From NCBI GenBank assembly GCA_963826375.1, contig CAWGWN010000003.1:64352-128351 (forward strand): a stretch of DNA of 64,000 nt. Direction: 5' to 3'. How positions within the stretch are numbered: position 1 is the stretch's first letter; every line of letters starts with the position of its first letter. Origin of the DNA: an uncultured Actinomycetota bacterium (lineage in GTDB: Bacteria > Actinomycetota > Actinomycetes > Actinomycetales > Dermatophilaceae). The notes beneath the pieces were generated by a model, which saw only the letters and a program-made list of their open reading frames with translations, was not told the origin of the DNA and searched no databases. Positions 11,041 through 21,159 of the stretch are shown here, in pieces. A program made the position numbers and the translations under genes.

Positions 11041-11071
11041 GGTCTTGCGCCGGAGGCGGACCAGGTGAGGA

Positions 11072-12601
11072 TCAGCCTTCGTCGGGCTCGCTGCTCTTCG
11101 CCGTGGCCCAGTGCCCAGCGCGCCGCTCGGCGTCGAGCTCGGCCTGGGTGGCCTGCCGGGCGACGTAGCGGTCCCGGGCGGACTCGCGCTTCTCGTCCCG
11201 AGACGGGCGGGTCGGCTGGTCCAGCCGCAGGTCCGTGCCGCGCTGACCGAGCAGCTCGGCCCCGGCAGTCATCGTCGGCTCCCAGTCGAAGACGACGGCG
11301 TCGTCAGCCGTCCCGATGAGCACCGTGTCCCCGGCGACCGCGCCGGCCTTGTAGAGCGCCGCCTCCACGCCGAGCCGGCCCAGGCGGTCCGCGAGGTAGC
11401 CGATCGCCTCGTCGTTGCTGAAGTCGGTCTGGTGGATCCACCGGGTCGGTCGCTCGCCGACGATGCGGTAGACGACACCGTCCGAGGTGTTCTCCTTGCG
11501 GATCTCGAAGCCCGAGTCGTCGACGGAGCGGGGGCGCAGGACCACCCGTGGCGGGGCGATGTCCTCGATGAGCCGGCGTGCCTGCGCCACGTGGGCCGCC
11601 AGGGCGAACGACAGCTCCCTGAGCCCGGTCCGAGCCACCGCCGACACGATGAACACGTCCAGCCCGCGGGCCTCGAGGTCCTCCTTGACCAGCTCGGCCA
11701 GGTCGAGCGCTTCCGGCACGTCGGCCTTGTTGAGCACGACGATCCGCGTGCGCTCGGCCAGCGGCCGGCCACCGAGGTCGGCGTCCGGCACGTAGAGCGC
11801 GAGCTCCTGCTCGATCACGTCGAGGTCGGTCATCGGGTCGCGCCCGGGCTCGAGGGTCGCGCAGTCGATGACGTGGGCCAAAACCGAGCACCGCTCCACG
11901 TGGCGCAGGAACTCCAGGCCGAGTCCCTTGCCCTCGTGGGCGCCAGGGATCAGCCCGGGCACGTCCGCGATCGTGTAGCGCACGTCTCCGGCGCTGACGA
12001 CGCCGAGGTTGGGGACCAGTGTGGTGAACGGGTAGTCGGCGATCTTGGGACGGGCCGCCGAGAGCACGGAGACCAGCGACGACTTGCCGGCCGACGGGAA
12101 GCCGATGAGGGCGACGTCCGCGAGGGACTTCAGCTCCAGGACGACGTCGAGCGCGTCACCCGGCTCGCCGAGCAGGGCGAAGCCGGGGGCCTTGCGCCGG
12201 GCCGACGCGAGGGCCTTGTTGCCCAGACCTCCGCGACCCCCTCGGGCGATGACGAACTCGGTGCCCTTGCCGACGAGGTCGACGATGATCCGGCCCTGAG
12301 CGTCCTTGACGACCGTCCCCTCGGGGACGTTGAGGATCAGGTCGTCGCCGTCGGCGCCGTTGCGCTCGTCTCCGGCTCCCGGCTTGCCGTTCGGCGCGTG
12401 ACGGTGCGGGTGGTGGTGGAAGTCCAGCAGCGTCGTCGCCTGCGGGTCGACGCGGACGATGACCGAGCCACCCTTGCCGCCGTTGCCGCCGTCGGGGCCA
12501 CCGAGCGGCTTGAACTTCTCCCGCTTGACCGACGCGACGCCGTGGCCCCCGGCCCCACCGGCGACGTGCAGCGGCGCGCGGTCGACGAATGTCGTCGCCA
12601 T
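11072..12601 (-). CDS. obgE: GTPase ObgE/CgtA
   Basis: [32 protein letters not shown] and a C-terminal DUF1967-type tail. Confidence 0.97.
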   Translation of the reverse strand: MATTFVDRAPLHVAGGAGGHGVASVKREKFKPLGGPDGGNGGKGGSVIVRVDPQATTLLDFHHHPHRHAPNGKPGAGDERNGADGDDLILNVPEGTVVKDAQGRIIVDLVGKGTEFVIARGGRGGLGNKALASARRKAPGFALLGEPGDALDVVLELKSLADVALIGFPSAGKSSLVSVLSAARPKIADYPFTTLVPNLGVVSAGDVRYTIADVPGLIPGAHEGKGLGLEFLRHVERCSVLAHVIDCATLEPGRDPMTDLDVIEQELALYVPDADLGGRPLAERTRIVVLNKADVPEALDLAELVKEDLEARGLDVFIVSAVARTGLRELSFALAAHVAQARRLIEDIAPPRVVLRPRSVDDSGFEIRKENTSDGVVYRIVGERPTRWIHQTDFSNDEAIGYLADRLGRLGVEAALYKAGAVAGDTVLIGTADDAVVFDWEPTMTAGAELLGQRGTDLRLDQPTRPSRDEKRESARDRYVARQATQAELDAERRAGHWATAKSSEPDEG

Positions 12602-12661
12602 GCTCGCTCCTCTCGTCGGTGACCCTCGGTATGCCGGGGTCGGGTGTGCGGTCTCTCAACG

Positions 12662-12696
12662 CGAGAAGGGGCAGGCCGTACGGCCCACCCCTCTCG
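12662..12696 (-). terminator. Hairpin downstream of rpmA
   Basis: CGAGA-AGGGG...GGCCGTACGGCC...CCCC-TCTCG nested stem. Confidence 0.5.
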
Positions 12697-12713
12697 TCAG
12701 CTGTCCAGCAGGC

Positions 12714-12986
12714 TCAGGCGTCGACCTGCGCCGCTTCGGGCTGCTCGATGTTCACGGTCTTGCGTCCGCGCTTCTTCCCGAACTTCACGGCACCCGCCAC
12801 AAGGGCGAAGAGCGTGTCGTCGCCTCCACGCCCCACACCCTCCCCCGGGTGGAAGTGGGTGCCGCGCTGGCGCACGAGGATCTCGCCCGCGTTGACGCGC
12901 TGGCCGCCGAAGCGCTTGACGCCGAGGAACTGTGCGTTGGAGTCGCGACCGTTGCGGGTCGAGGACGCACCCTTCTTGTGTGCCAT
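12714..12986 (-). CDS. rpmA: 50S ribosomal protein L27
   Basis: [28 protein letters not shown]. Confidence 0.98.
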   Translation of the reverse strand: MAHKKGASSTRNGRDSNAQFLGVKRFGGQRVNAGEILVRQRGTHFHPGEGVGRGGDDTLFALVAGAVKFGKKRGRKTVNIEQPEAAQVDA

Positions 12987-13034
12987 GTCAGTGCCTGCCT
13001 TCTCTGTCTGTTGTCCGAAGTCGGGAGATCTCGG

Positions 13035-13343
13035 TCAGGCCTCGATGGCCGTGACCTTGATCTGGGTCAGGTGCTGACGGTGGCCCTGGCGCTTGCGGTA
13101 GCCGGTCTTGTTCTTGAACTTCATGATGGTGATCTTGGGGCCCTTGGCGGCCTTGACGACCTCGGCGGTGACCTTGACCTTGGCGAGCTTGGCAGCCTCG
13201 CTGGTCACGGTCGTGCCGTCGACGACGAGGAGGGGCGTCAGGTCGATGCTGTCGCCGACTGCGCCCTTCACCTTGTCGATGATGAGGACGTCCCCAACGG
13301 ACACCTTCTCCTGGCGACCGCCAGCGCGAACAATCGCGTACAC
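13035..13343 (-). CDS. rplU: 50S ribosomal protein L21
   Basis: [14 protein letters not shown]...[14 protein letters not shown]. Confidence 0.98.
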   Translation of the reverse strand: MYAIVRAGGRQEKVSVGDVLIIDKVKGAVGDSIDLTPLLVVDGTTVTSEAAKLAKVKVTAEVVKAAKGPKITIMKFKNKTGYRKRQGHRQHLTQIKVTAIEA

Positions 13344-13520
13344 GTCAAGCTCACTCTCTACTGTCCATCACGGGTTGGTGCGCACTCTCAGTGACCGTCA
13401 CGTAGTCTCCCAGGCTCTGAACGACTGCATTGCTGCTGTCGTGTCCCAGGGCACAGATCGGTGGGCGCACCGAGGATCAAGGGTACCGGCTCGGGCCCAG
13501 CGGAACCAAACCGGAGCGCC

Positions 13521-16500
13521 TCACTCCTCGGTATGCGGCGCGGCTCCCCCACCGGGGGGACCTGCCGGAGCGACGACGCGGCCGCGCCGGCGCCGGCTGC
13601 GGGGCGCGGCCACCGGCTCCACATCCTGCTCCGGCTGCTTCTGCGGCTGGGCAGCCGGCTCGGTCCGGTCCGACCCGGCGTCGGCCCGGTCCTGCGACTG
13701 GTTCTGCGACTGGCCCTGCGACAGGTCCTCCGTGCGGGGCTGGGCGTCCGATAGGACCACGGCCTCCTCCTGGGTGACCCGTCCGTCCTCCTCCGCCTCG
13801 TGCTGCTCCGTCTCGGCCCGCTCCTGTGCCTCGTCGGTGACGAGGGCGGCCACGGTGGTCGGCTCGCCGCTCTTGAGGGCGGCCGCGTGCGCGGCGGCGG
13901 CGATCTGGGCGGGTGTGGGACCGGCCGGGCGCGAAGGGGCTGCCGGCTGCTCGGCCGTGGTCGCCTTGCCGCGGCGCCCTCGGGTGCCGCCACGACCGGA
14001 GGCAGCCGAGCCTCCGCTCTGCTGGGAGCCGTTGGAACCGCCGGAGCCGCCGCTCTGCTCGCCGGTGCCGCGGTCGACCGGGTCGGCGTGCACGATGATC
14101 CCGCGGCCGTTGCAGTGCTCGCACGTCTCGCCGAAGACCTCGATGAGGCCCGACCCGACGCGCTTACGCGTCATCTGGACGAGTCCGAGGGAGGTCACCT
14201 CGGCGACCTGGTGCTTGGTGCGGTCGCGGCCCAGGCACTCGAGCAGCCGCCGGACGACGAGGTCGCGGTTGGCCTCGAGGACCATGTCGATGAAGTCGAC
14301 GACGATGATGCCGCCGATGTCGCGCAGCCGAAGCTGTCGGACGATCTCCTCAGCCGCCTCGATGTTGTTCTTGGTGACCGTCTCCTCGAGGTTTCCGCCG
14401 GCGCCGATGAACTTGCCGGTGTTGACGTCGACGACGGTCATCGCCTCGGTGCGGTCGATGACCAGGGAGCCGCCCGACGGGAGCCAGACCTTGCGGTCCA
14501 TCGCCTTGGCGATCTGCTCGTCGATGCGGAAGTGGGTGAACAGGTCCTCCTCGGAGGTCCAGCGGGTGACTCGCTCGGCCAGGTCGGGCGCGACCGAGGA
14601 GACGTAGTCGGACACCTCGTCCCAGGCCTGCTGCCCGGCGACGACGAGCGAGGCGAAGTCCTCGTTGAAGACGTCACGGATGACCCGGACCGTGAGGTCA
14701 GGCTCCCCGTGCAGCAGCATCGGGGCACTGCCGCTCCCCTTGCCCTTGCCCTTGCCGGCGCGGTCGGCCTTGGCGCTGATGTCCTCCCACGTCGCCGTGA
14801 GCCGCTCGACGTCGGCGCGCAGCTCGGCCTCCGAGGCGCCTTCAGCGGCGGTGCGCACGATGACGCCGGCCGAGTCGGGGACGACCTCCTTGAGGATCTT
14901 CTTGAGTCGGGTCCGCTCGGTGTCCGGCAGCTTGCGGGAGATGCCGGTCATCGAGCTGTTGGGGACGTAGACCAGGTAGCGCCCCGGCAGCGAGATCTGG
15001 GAGGTGAGCCGGGCGCCCTTGTGCCCGATCGGGTCCTTGGTCACCTGGACGAGGACGCTCTCACCCGAGGAGAGCGCGTTCTCGATGCGCTTCGGCTGGT
15101 TGGCCTCCATCCCGGCGGCGTCCCAGTTGACCTCACCGGCGTACAGGACGGCGTTGCGACCCTTGCCGATGTCGACGAAGGCGGCCTCCATCGAGGGCAG
15201 CACGTTCTGCACGCGCCCGAGGTAGATGTTGCCGGCCATGGACACGTTCGTCTCGCGGGAGATGTAGTGCTCGACGAGCACGTCGTCCTCGAGGACGGCG
15301 ATCTGGGTGCGGTCGTCCTTGTTGCGGACCACCATGACCCGCTCGACGCTCTCGCGACGGGACAGGAACTCGGCCTCGGTGATGATCGTGCGGCGCCGGC
15401 CGGCCTCGCGGCCCTCGCGGCGACGCTGCTTCTTGGCCTCCAGCCGGGTGGAGCCCTTCAGGCTGGTGACCTCGTCGCGGTCGCGCTCGCGGCGCGGCTC
15501 GCGGACGCGGGTGACCACGCCCGGGGCGTCGTCGCCGTCTCCGGAGGAACCGCTGCGGCGACGGCGACGGGTGCGCCGCCGGCTTCCGCCACCGGAGCCC
15601 TCGGCGTCGTCCGCCTCGTCGTCGCGGCTGCGGCCGGACCCCTCCGCCTGGTCGGCGGCGTCCTCAGTGTCGTCGGTGGATGCGGTGGATGCGGCGGATG
15701 CGGCGGATGCGGCGGATGCGGCGGCCGCGCCGCGGCGGCCCCGGCGGGCGGGGGGCTGGTCAGCGGTCTCGGTCTCCTCGGCGGAGTCGGTGTCGCCGCC
15801 ACGGCCCCGGCGGCCCTTGCCCCCGCGCCGCCGGCGCCGACGCGGGCCGTCGCCGGAGTCGTCATCGTCGGATGGGGAGTCCTCGCGCGTCGAGGGCGCC
15901 TCGTCGTCGTTGGGCGCGTCCTGCTCGCTGAGCCCGGCCGCATCGTCAGGAGCGGACGCGTCGGACACCGGGGGCTGCGCGCTCGGTGACGTCGCGCGCC
16001 GGCGGGACCGCGTCGGGGCCGGCGCCTGGAAGAGGACGCCGAAGGACCCCGGCTGGTCCGACTCGGTGACGTCGGACTCGGTGTCGGGCTTGCTGGCCTG
16101 GGCGTCGGTCGCGGTGGTGTCCTCGCCACTGGGGTTGCTGACCGCCGGCTCCGCGGGCGCCGGGGTGGCGACCTTGGCGCTCGCCCGACCGCGGCGGCGC
16201 CGCGGAGCCGGAGCGCTCTCGCTGTCCGGGTCGCCGGGCGCGTCCGCGGGCAGGCTCGAGTCGTCCTGGGCAGGCACCGGCGGCGCGGGCTCGTCGGCCG
16301 GTGTGCCGGGCTCGGCGGAGGTCTGCGCCGCAGCGGCGCTGGGCGCGGCGGTCTTGCGGCTGGCCCGCTTGCGGGCGGCCTTCTTGGCCGGGGCGGCGGC
16401 CGGCAGGTCGGCCCCGGCAGGGTCCGTCTCCGGCGTGGCCGTGGCCTCCTCGGCAGGAAGAGGCAGCGACGCCGTCTCTGGTGCCGCTGCTGGGGCGGCG

Positions 16501-16646
16501 GCGCCGGCCTTGCTCGTGGCCCGCTTGCGGGTGGCCTTCTTGGCGGTCTTGCGTGGCGCCTTCTCCGGCGCCGTCGCGTCCCCCTCGACGGTGGACTGCG
16601 TCCGCTCGTCGGTCTGGGTGGTGCTCGTGTCGTTGGTGGAAGCCAT
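13521..16646 (-). CDS. rne: Ribonuclease E/G family with long disordered N- and C-terminal regions
   Basis: GNIYLGRVQNVLPSMEAAFVD, DVNTG and GGIIVVDFIDM; start placed at MASTND after a GAGAGG RBS. Confidence 0.95.
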   Translation of the reverse strand: MASTNDTSTTQTDERTQSTVEGDATAPEKAPRKTAKKATRKRATSKAGAAAPAAAPETASLPLPAEEATATPETDPAGADLPAAAPAKKAARKRASRKTAAPSAAAAQTSAEPGTPADEPAPPVPAQDDSSLPADAPGDPDSESAPAPRRRRGRASAKVATPAPAEPAVSNPSGEDTTATDAQASKPDTESDVTESDQPGSFGVLFQAPAPTRSRRRATSPSAQPPVSDASAPDDAAGLSEQDAPNDDEAPSTREDSPSDDDDSGDGPRRRRRRGGKGRRGRGGDTDSAEETETADQPPARRGRRGAAAASAASAASAASTASTDDTEDAADQAEGSGRSRDDEADDAEGSGGGSRRRTRRRRRSGSSGDGDDAPGVVTRVREPRRERDRDEVTSLKGSTRLEAKKQRRREGREAGRRRTIITEAEFLSRRESVERVMVVRNKDDRTQIAVLEDDVLVEHYISRETNVSMAGNIYLGRVQNVLPSMEAAFVDIGKGRNAVLYAGEVNWDAAGMEANQPKRIENALSSGESVLVQVTKDPIGHKGARLTSQISLPGRYLVYVPNSSMTGISRKLPDTERTRLKKILKEVVPDSAGVIVRTAAEGASEAELRADVERLTATWEDISAKADRAGKGKGKGSGSAPMLLHGEPDLTVRVIRDVFNEDFASLVVAGQQAWDEVSDYVSSVAPDLAERVTRWTSEEDLFTHFRIDEQIAKAMDRKVWLPSGGSLVIDRTEAMTVVDVNTGKFIGAGGNLEETVTKNNIEAAEEIVRQLRLRDIGGIIVVDFIDMVLEANRDLVVRRLLECLGRDRTKHQVAEVTSLGLVQMTRKRVGSGLIEVFGETCEHCNGRGIIVHADPVDRGTGEQSGGSGGSNGSQQSGGSAASGRGGTRGRRGKATTAEQPAAPSRPAGPTPAQIAAAAHAAALKSGEPTTVAALVTDEAQERAETEQHEAEEDGRVTQEEAVVLSDAQPRTEDLSQGQSQNQSQDRADAGSDRTEPAAQPQKQPEQDVEPVAAPRSRRRRGRVVAPAGPPGGGAAPHTEE
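15674..15718. repeat. 9-bp tandem repeat (CGGYGGATG)x5 inside rne
   Basis: Five consecutive units coding ASA/AST tripeptides. Confidence 0.85.
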
Positions 16647-16800
16647 CTGGCGTCCCTCTCCGTCTCCACGCGTGTCGACCCACACCGGACCATCTCGGTC
16701 CATCAACCCGCGTGTGCGGTAAGCAGTCGTCACGCCGCGGTCGCGGCGGAAGTCGTCTTGCTACAGAAGAGTCGGCTCGCGGTGTGTGCGCGGCACCAGC

Positions 16801-17589
16801 TCAGCTGCCGTCGGCGCCCTCGTCGGTGGCCAGTGGATCAACCACCCTCGCGGTTGCGTCCTGCAGCGGACCTTGGGCCAGCCGGGTCACCAGGGGCGGT
16901 GTCGGCGGCTCCAGCTCGGCAACTGCACGCAGCGCGGTGAGAATGTCGTCGGGGCGAACGGCCGGTGTGGTGTGCCGTACGACCACCCTCAGTATCGCAC
17001 ACCCCTCTGTGCCCGCCGGAAGGACGCCCGGCGCGGCGCCCACCACGGTGTCCGACGAGGCCGCCTCCATCGAGACCACCGCCGAGCGGACATCGAAGGT
17101 TCGCAGCCCGGTCTTGAACATCCGCGAGACCTCGATGGCCTGATGACCGAGGAAGACGGCCGCAGCCGCCTCGAGCCGCTCGAGAGGGACCTCCCGGAAC
17201 GCCAGCACCCAGTCGCTGGCCTGGAGCCTGTCGGCCAGCGCGCCCGGCTGTGCCTCGACGACCTCCAGCACGTCGAGACCGTCGGGGAGGGCTGCGTCGA
17301 GCGCCACGCGCACCGCGAGCGGGTCGACCCGGGCGGTCACCGAGATCTCGAAGTACTCGCTCTCGCTCGCCGTCCCCGTGGGCGCGGCGTTCGCATACGA
17401 GATCTTGGGGTGAGGGTGGAAGCCGGCGCTGAAGGCCATCGGCACATCGGCCCGCCGCAGCGCCCGCTCGAGGGCACGCTGGAAGTCACGGGTGGAGGAG
17501 AAGCGCAGCCGTCCCCGTTTGGCATAGCGCACCCGCAGCTTCTGCACCGCCGGGTCGGGGGCGGGGCCCTCTGGCGTCCGTCTGGCCAT
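16801..17589 (-). CDS. TIGR03936-family radical SAM-linked protein
   Basis: LRVRYAKRGRLRFSSTRDFQRALERALRR..FSAGFHPHPKISY...SESEYFEI; usual position upstream of rne. Confidence 0.9.
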   Translation of the reverse strand: MARRTPEGPAPDPAVQKLRVRYAKRGRLRFSSTRDFQRALERALRRADVPMAFSAGFHPHPKISYANAAPTGTASESEYFEISVTARVDPLAVRVALDAALPDGLDVLEVVEAQPGALADRLQASDWVLAFREVPLERLEAAAAVFLGHQAIEVSRMFKTGLRTFDVRSAVVSMEAASSDTVVGAAPGVLPAGTEGCAILRVVVRHTTPAVRPDDILTALRAVAELEPPTPPLVTRLAQGPLQDATARVVDPLATDEGADGS

Positions 17590-17596
17590 GACCGGT

Positions 17597-18379
17597 CTAC
17601 GCCTGCGGCGGGCGGTTGGCCTTGCGCTCGGCGCTGGCGCGCCGGATCTGCTCGCGTCGCTCGTCGTCGTCGGCCTTGGTGGCCTCCTCGAGAGTCGGCG
17701 CCGACCCGCCGAGGCGGGCCGGCAGGTACTTCAGGTCCTCGCCCGTCATCGGCTCGTAGCCGTCCTGGAGGGTGTGCAGCATGGTCTCCATCACCGCGTG
17801 GATCCGGCTCGTCGCCTCGTCGATGCTCTCGTCGGGCCCCACGGGGATCGGCGCCCCGACGGCGATGTGGATCGGCACGTTGGTGCGCCCGAGCCGCTTG
17901 GGGTGGCCCTTGGTCCAGACCCGCTGCGAGCCCCAGATGACGGTCGGGATCATCGGCACCCCGGCCTCTCGCGCCATCCGGGCGGCTCCGTTCTTGAACT
18001 CCTTGAGCTCGAAGGAGCGCGAGATGGTCGCCTCGGGGAAGACCCCGACGATCTCCCCCGCCCGCAGGTCGCGCACGGCGTGCAGGTATGACGCGCCGCC
18101 GGCTGCGCGGTCGACGGGGATGTGCTTCATCCCGCGCATCAGCGGACCACTGACCCGGTGTCGGAAGACGGACTCCTTGGCCATGAACCGGACCAGCCGC
18201 TTCGACGGCACGGCAGCGAGCCCGGCGTAGGTGAAGTCCATGTAGCCGGTGTGGTTGATGACCAGCACGGCTCCCCCGGACCGGGGGATGTTCTCCGTGC
18301 CGCGCATGGTGAACTTCAGGCCCTGCACGGCGAACACGCCGCGGGCGAGGCTGACGACGGACGAGTACACCGGCTCCAT
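17597..18379 (-). CDS. Lysophospholipid acyltransferase family protein
   Basis: NHTGYMD, FMAKES and FPEATISRS. Confidence 0.9.
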   Translation of the reverse strand: MEPVYSSVVSLARGVFAVQGLKFTMRGTENIPRSGGAVLVINHTGYMDFTYAGLAAVPSKRLVRFMAKESVFRHRVSGPLMRGMKHIPVDRAAGGASYLHAVRDLRAGEIVGVFPEATISRSFELKEFKNGAARMAREAGVPMIPTVIWGSQRVWTKGHPKRLGRTNVPIHIAVGAPIPVGPDESIDEATSRIHAVMETMLHTLQDGYEPMTGEDLKYLPARLGGSAPTLEEATKADDDERREQIRRASAERKANRPPQA

Positions 18380-18495
18380 GACGACAACCTACGGGACGCT
18401 GCCCACGACGACGGCCGCCAGTGGCCCGGTCCGGTGAGCCACGGCATACGGAACGGGTTGGAGAGCAGCCCCGCGGGTCTGGGAAGATCACCGGC

Positions 18496-21135
18496 ATGAC
18501 CACTGACTCCCCCATCCGCTCCACACAGATCCCGGAGAAGCCGTCCGTCGACGGCCTCGAGGAGAAGTGGGCGCAGGTATGGCGCGAGCAGGGCACCTAC
18601 ACCTTCGACCGTGAGCGGGCGCTCGCCGGCAGCCGCGAGGGCATCTGGGCGATCGACACCCCACCGCCCACGGCGAGCGGGTCGCTGCACATCGGTCACG
18701 TCTTCGGCTACACCCAGGCCGACTGCATCGCCCGCTACAAGCGGATGACCGGCCTCGAGGTCTTCTACCCGATCGGCTGGGACGACAACGGCCTGCCGAC
18801 GGAGAAGCGGGTGCAGAACTTCTACGGCGTGCGCGGCGATGCGACGCTGCCCTACGACCCGGACTTCGCGCCGGCCCAGGAGGGCGGGGAGGGCAGGTCC
18901 GCCAGGGCCGCCGACCAGCAGCCGATCAGCCGGCGCAACTTCATCGAGCTGTGCGACATCCTCACCGTCCGGGACGAGGTGACCTTCGAGGACACCTTCC
19001 GCCGGCTCGGCCTGTCGGTCGACTGGGACATCACCTACCGGACGATCGACGACCGCTCGCGCCAGACCTCGCAGGCGATGTTCCTCGGCAACCTCGAGCG
19101 CGGGGAGGCCTACCAGGCCGAGGCCCCGGGCCTGTGGGACGTCACCTTCCAGACCGCGGTCGCCCAGGCCGAGCTCGAGGCCCGCGACTACCCGGGCGCC
19201 TACCACCGGGTGGCCTTCCACCAGCCGGACGGCTCCCCGGTCCACATCGAGACCACCCGACCCGAGCTGCTCCCGGCCTGCGTGGCGCTGATCGCCCACC
19301 CCGACGACCAGCGGTATGCCGGGCTGTTCGGCAGCACGGTGACCTCACCGCTGTTCGGCGTCGAGGTCCCGGTGGTGGCGCACCACCTGGCCGAGATGGA
19401 CAAGGGCGCCGGCATCGCCATGTGCTGCACCTTCGGCGACCTCACCGACGTGCTGTGGTGGCGTGAGCTGCAGCTGCCGACCCGCTCGGTGGTCACCCGC
19501 GACGGCCGGGTCCAGGCGGAGACCCCGTCGTGGATCGCTGCCGAGCGCGGCCGGGACGTGTTCGCCCAGATGGCGACCAAGACGACGTTCTCGGCGCGTG
19601 CCGCCGTGGTCGAGGCCCTGCGCGAGTCAGGAGACCTCGACGGCGAGCCCACGGCGACCCAGCGCAAGGCCAACTTCTACGAGCGCGGCGACAAGCCGCT
19701 CGAGATCGTCACCTCGCGGCAGTGGTACATCAGCAACGGGGGGCGCGACGAGACGGTCCGCGCCGCGATGATCGCCCGGGGCCGGGAGCTGGACTTCCAC
19801 CCGTCCTTCATGCGCACCCGCTACGAGAACTGGGTCGGCGGCCTCAACGGCGACTGGCTGATCAGCCGGCAGCGGTTCTTCGGGGTCCCGATCCCGGTCT
19901 GGTACCCCGTGACGGACACCGGCGAGGTGGACCACGACCACCCGATCGTCCCGGACCGCGCGGACCTGCCGGTGGACCCGGTGGCCGAGGCGCCAGCGGG
20001 CTACCTCGAGTCGCAGCGCGACCAGCCGGGCGGCTTCACCGGCGACCCCGACGTGATGGACACGTGGGCCACCTCCTCGGTCTCGCCGCAGATCGCCGCC
20101 GGGTGGCTGGACGACCCGGAGCTGTTCGCGGCGGTGTTCCCGATGGACCATCGCCCCCAGGGGCACGACATCATCCGCACCTGGCTGTTCGGCACGGTGG
20201 TCCGGGCGCACTACGAGCACGGCACGCTCCCGTGGCGGCACGCGACGCTGAACGGGTTCATCCTCGACCCGGACCGCAAGAAGATGAGCAAGTCGAAGGG
20301 GAACGCGACGACACCGATCGACATGCTCGTCGAGCACGGCACCGACGCCATCCGCTACTGGGCTGCCTCGGCCCGGCTCGGCATCGACGCGGCGCTGGAC
20401 ACCGCGCAGATGAAGGTCGGCCGCCGGCTCGCCATCAAGATCCTCAACGCCAGCAAGTTCGCCCTGTCCTTCGGTGACGTGGACCCGTCAACCGACCTCG
20501 CGTCGCTCGTCAGCGAGCCGCTGGACCGCGCCATGCTGGCGGCGCTCGGTGACGTCGTCGAGCAGGCCTCCCGCGCCTACGAGTCGATGGACTACGCGAA
20601 GGCGCTCGAGGTCAGTGAGACCTTCTTCTGGACCTTCTGCGACGACTACCTCGAGCTGGTCAAGGACCGGGCCTACGGCGGGCGCGACGTGCCCGTCAGC
20701 GAGCAGGCTGCCGCCTCCGCCCGGGCCGCCCTGCGCCTGGCTCTGAGCGTCCAGCTGCGGCTGCTCGCCCCGGTCGTCGTCTACGCCACCGAGGAGGTCT
20801 GGTCCTGGTTCAACCCCGGATCGGTCCACCGCGCCCCGTGGCCGGACCGGACCGAGCTCGCCGACGTGGAGCCGGAGCAGGCCGCCCTGCTCGCGTCGGT
20901 CGGTGAGGTGCTTGCCGGAGTCCGCCGGGTCAAGTCCGAGGCCAAGGTCGGGATGCGCGCCGAGGTCGCCTCGATGACGCTCAGCGGCACCGAGACCCAG
21001 CTCGCGCACGTGCGCGCTGCCGAGGCGGACCTCAAGGCCGCCGGCCGGATCACGACGCTGGAGTACGCCGCCGGTGAGGCGCTGGGGGTCAGCGACGCCG
21101 AGATCGTCCCGCCGGAGCCGCGGCAGCGCGGCTGA
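18496..21135 (+). CDS. valS: Valine--tRNA ligase (short type, no obvious C-terminal coiled coil)
   Basis: DTPPPTASGSLHIGH, W.ISRQRFFG and KMSKS. Confidence 0.96.
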   Translation: MTTDSPIRSTQIPEKPSVDGLEEKWAQVWREQGTYTFDRERALAGSREGIWAIDTPPPTASGSLHIGHVFGYTQADCIARYKRMTGLEVFYPIGWDDNGLPTEKRVQNFYGVRGDATLPYDPDFAPAQEGGEGRSARAADQQPISRRNFIELCDILTVRDEVTFEDTFRRLGLSVDWDITYRTIDDRSRQTSQAMFLGNLERGEAYQAEAPGLWDVTFQTAVAQAELEARDYPGAYHRVAFHQPDGSPVHIETTRPELLPACVALIAHPDDQRYAGLFGSTVTSPLFGVEVPVVAHHLAEMDKGAGIAMCCTFGDLTDVLWWRELQLPTRSVVTRDGRVQAETPSWIAAERGRDVFAQMATKTTFSARAAVVEALRESGDLDGEPTATQRKANFYERGDKPLEIVTSRQWYISNGGRDETVRAAMIARGRELDFHPSFMRTRYENWVGGLNGDWLISRQRFFGVPIPVWYPVTDTGEVDHDHPIVPDRADLPVDPVAEAPAGYLESQRDQPGGFTGDPDVMDTWATSSVSPQIAAGWLDDPELFAAVFPMDHRPQGHDIIRTWLFGTVVRAHYEHGTLPWRHATLNGFILDPDRKKMSKSKGNATTPIDMLVEHGTDAIRYWAASARLGIDAALDTAQMKVGRRLAIKILNASKFALSFGDVDPSTDLASLVSEPLDRAMLAALGDVVEQASRAYESMDYAKALEVSETFFWTFCDDYLELVKDRAYGGRDVPVSEQAAASARAALRLALSVQLRLLAPVVVYATEEVWSWFNPGSVHRAPWPDRTELADVEPEQAALLASVGEVLAGVRRVKSEAKVGMRAEVASMTLSGTETQLAHVRAAEADLKAAGRITTLEYAAGEALGVSDAEIVPPEPRQRG

Positions 21136-21159
21136 CCCGGCTTGGCCGCACCTGCGTCG

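Noticed and set aside
5009-11071. Site-specific invertible switch flanking the proB block
   Set aside because: Only a weak CGGAACAGG/CGGACAGG resemblance between the junctions and no invertase nearby.
13344-13490. Structured leader or riboswitch before rplU (also considered before rne and the IBP gene)
   Set aside because: The leaders are long but I could not match a known family by eye; an Infernal/Rfam search is needed.
15674-15718. rne 9-bp repeat as a regulatory element
   Set aside because: It is in frame within a disordered linker; ordinary low-complexity slippage.
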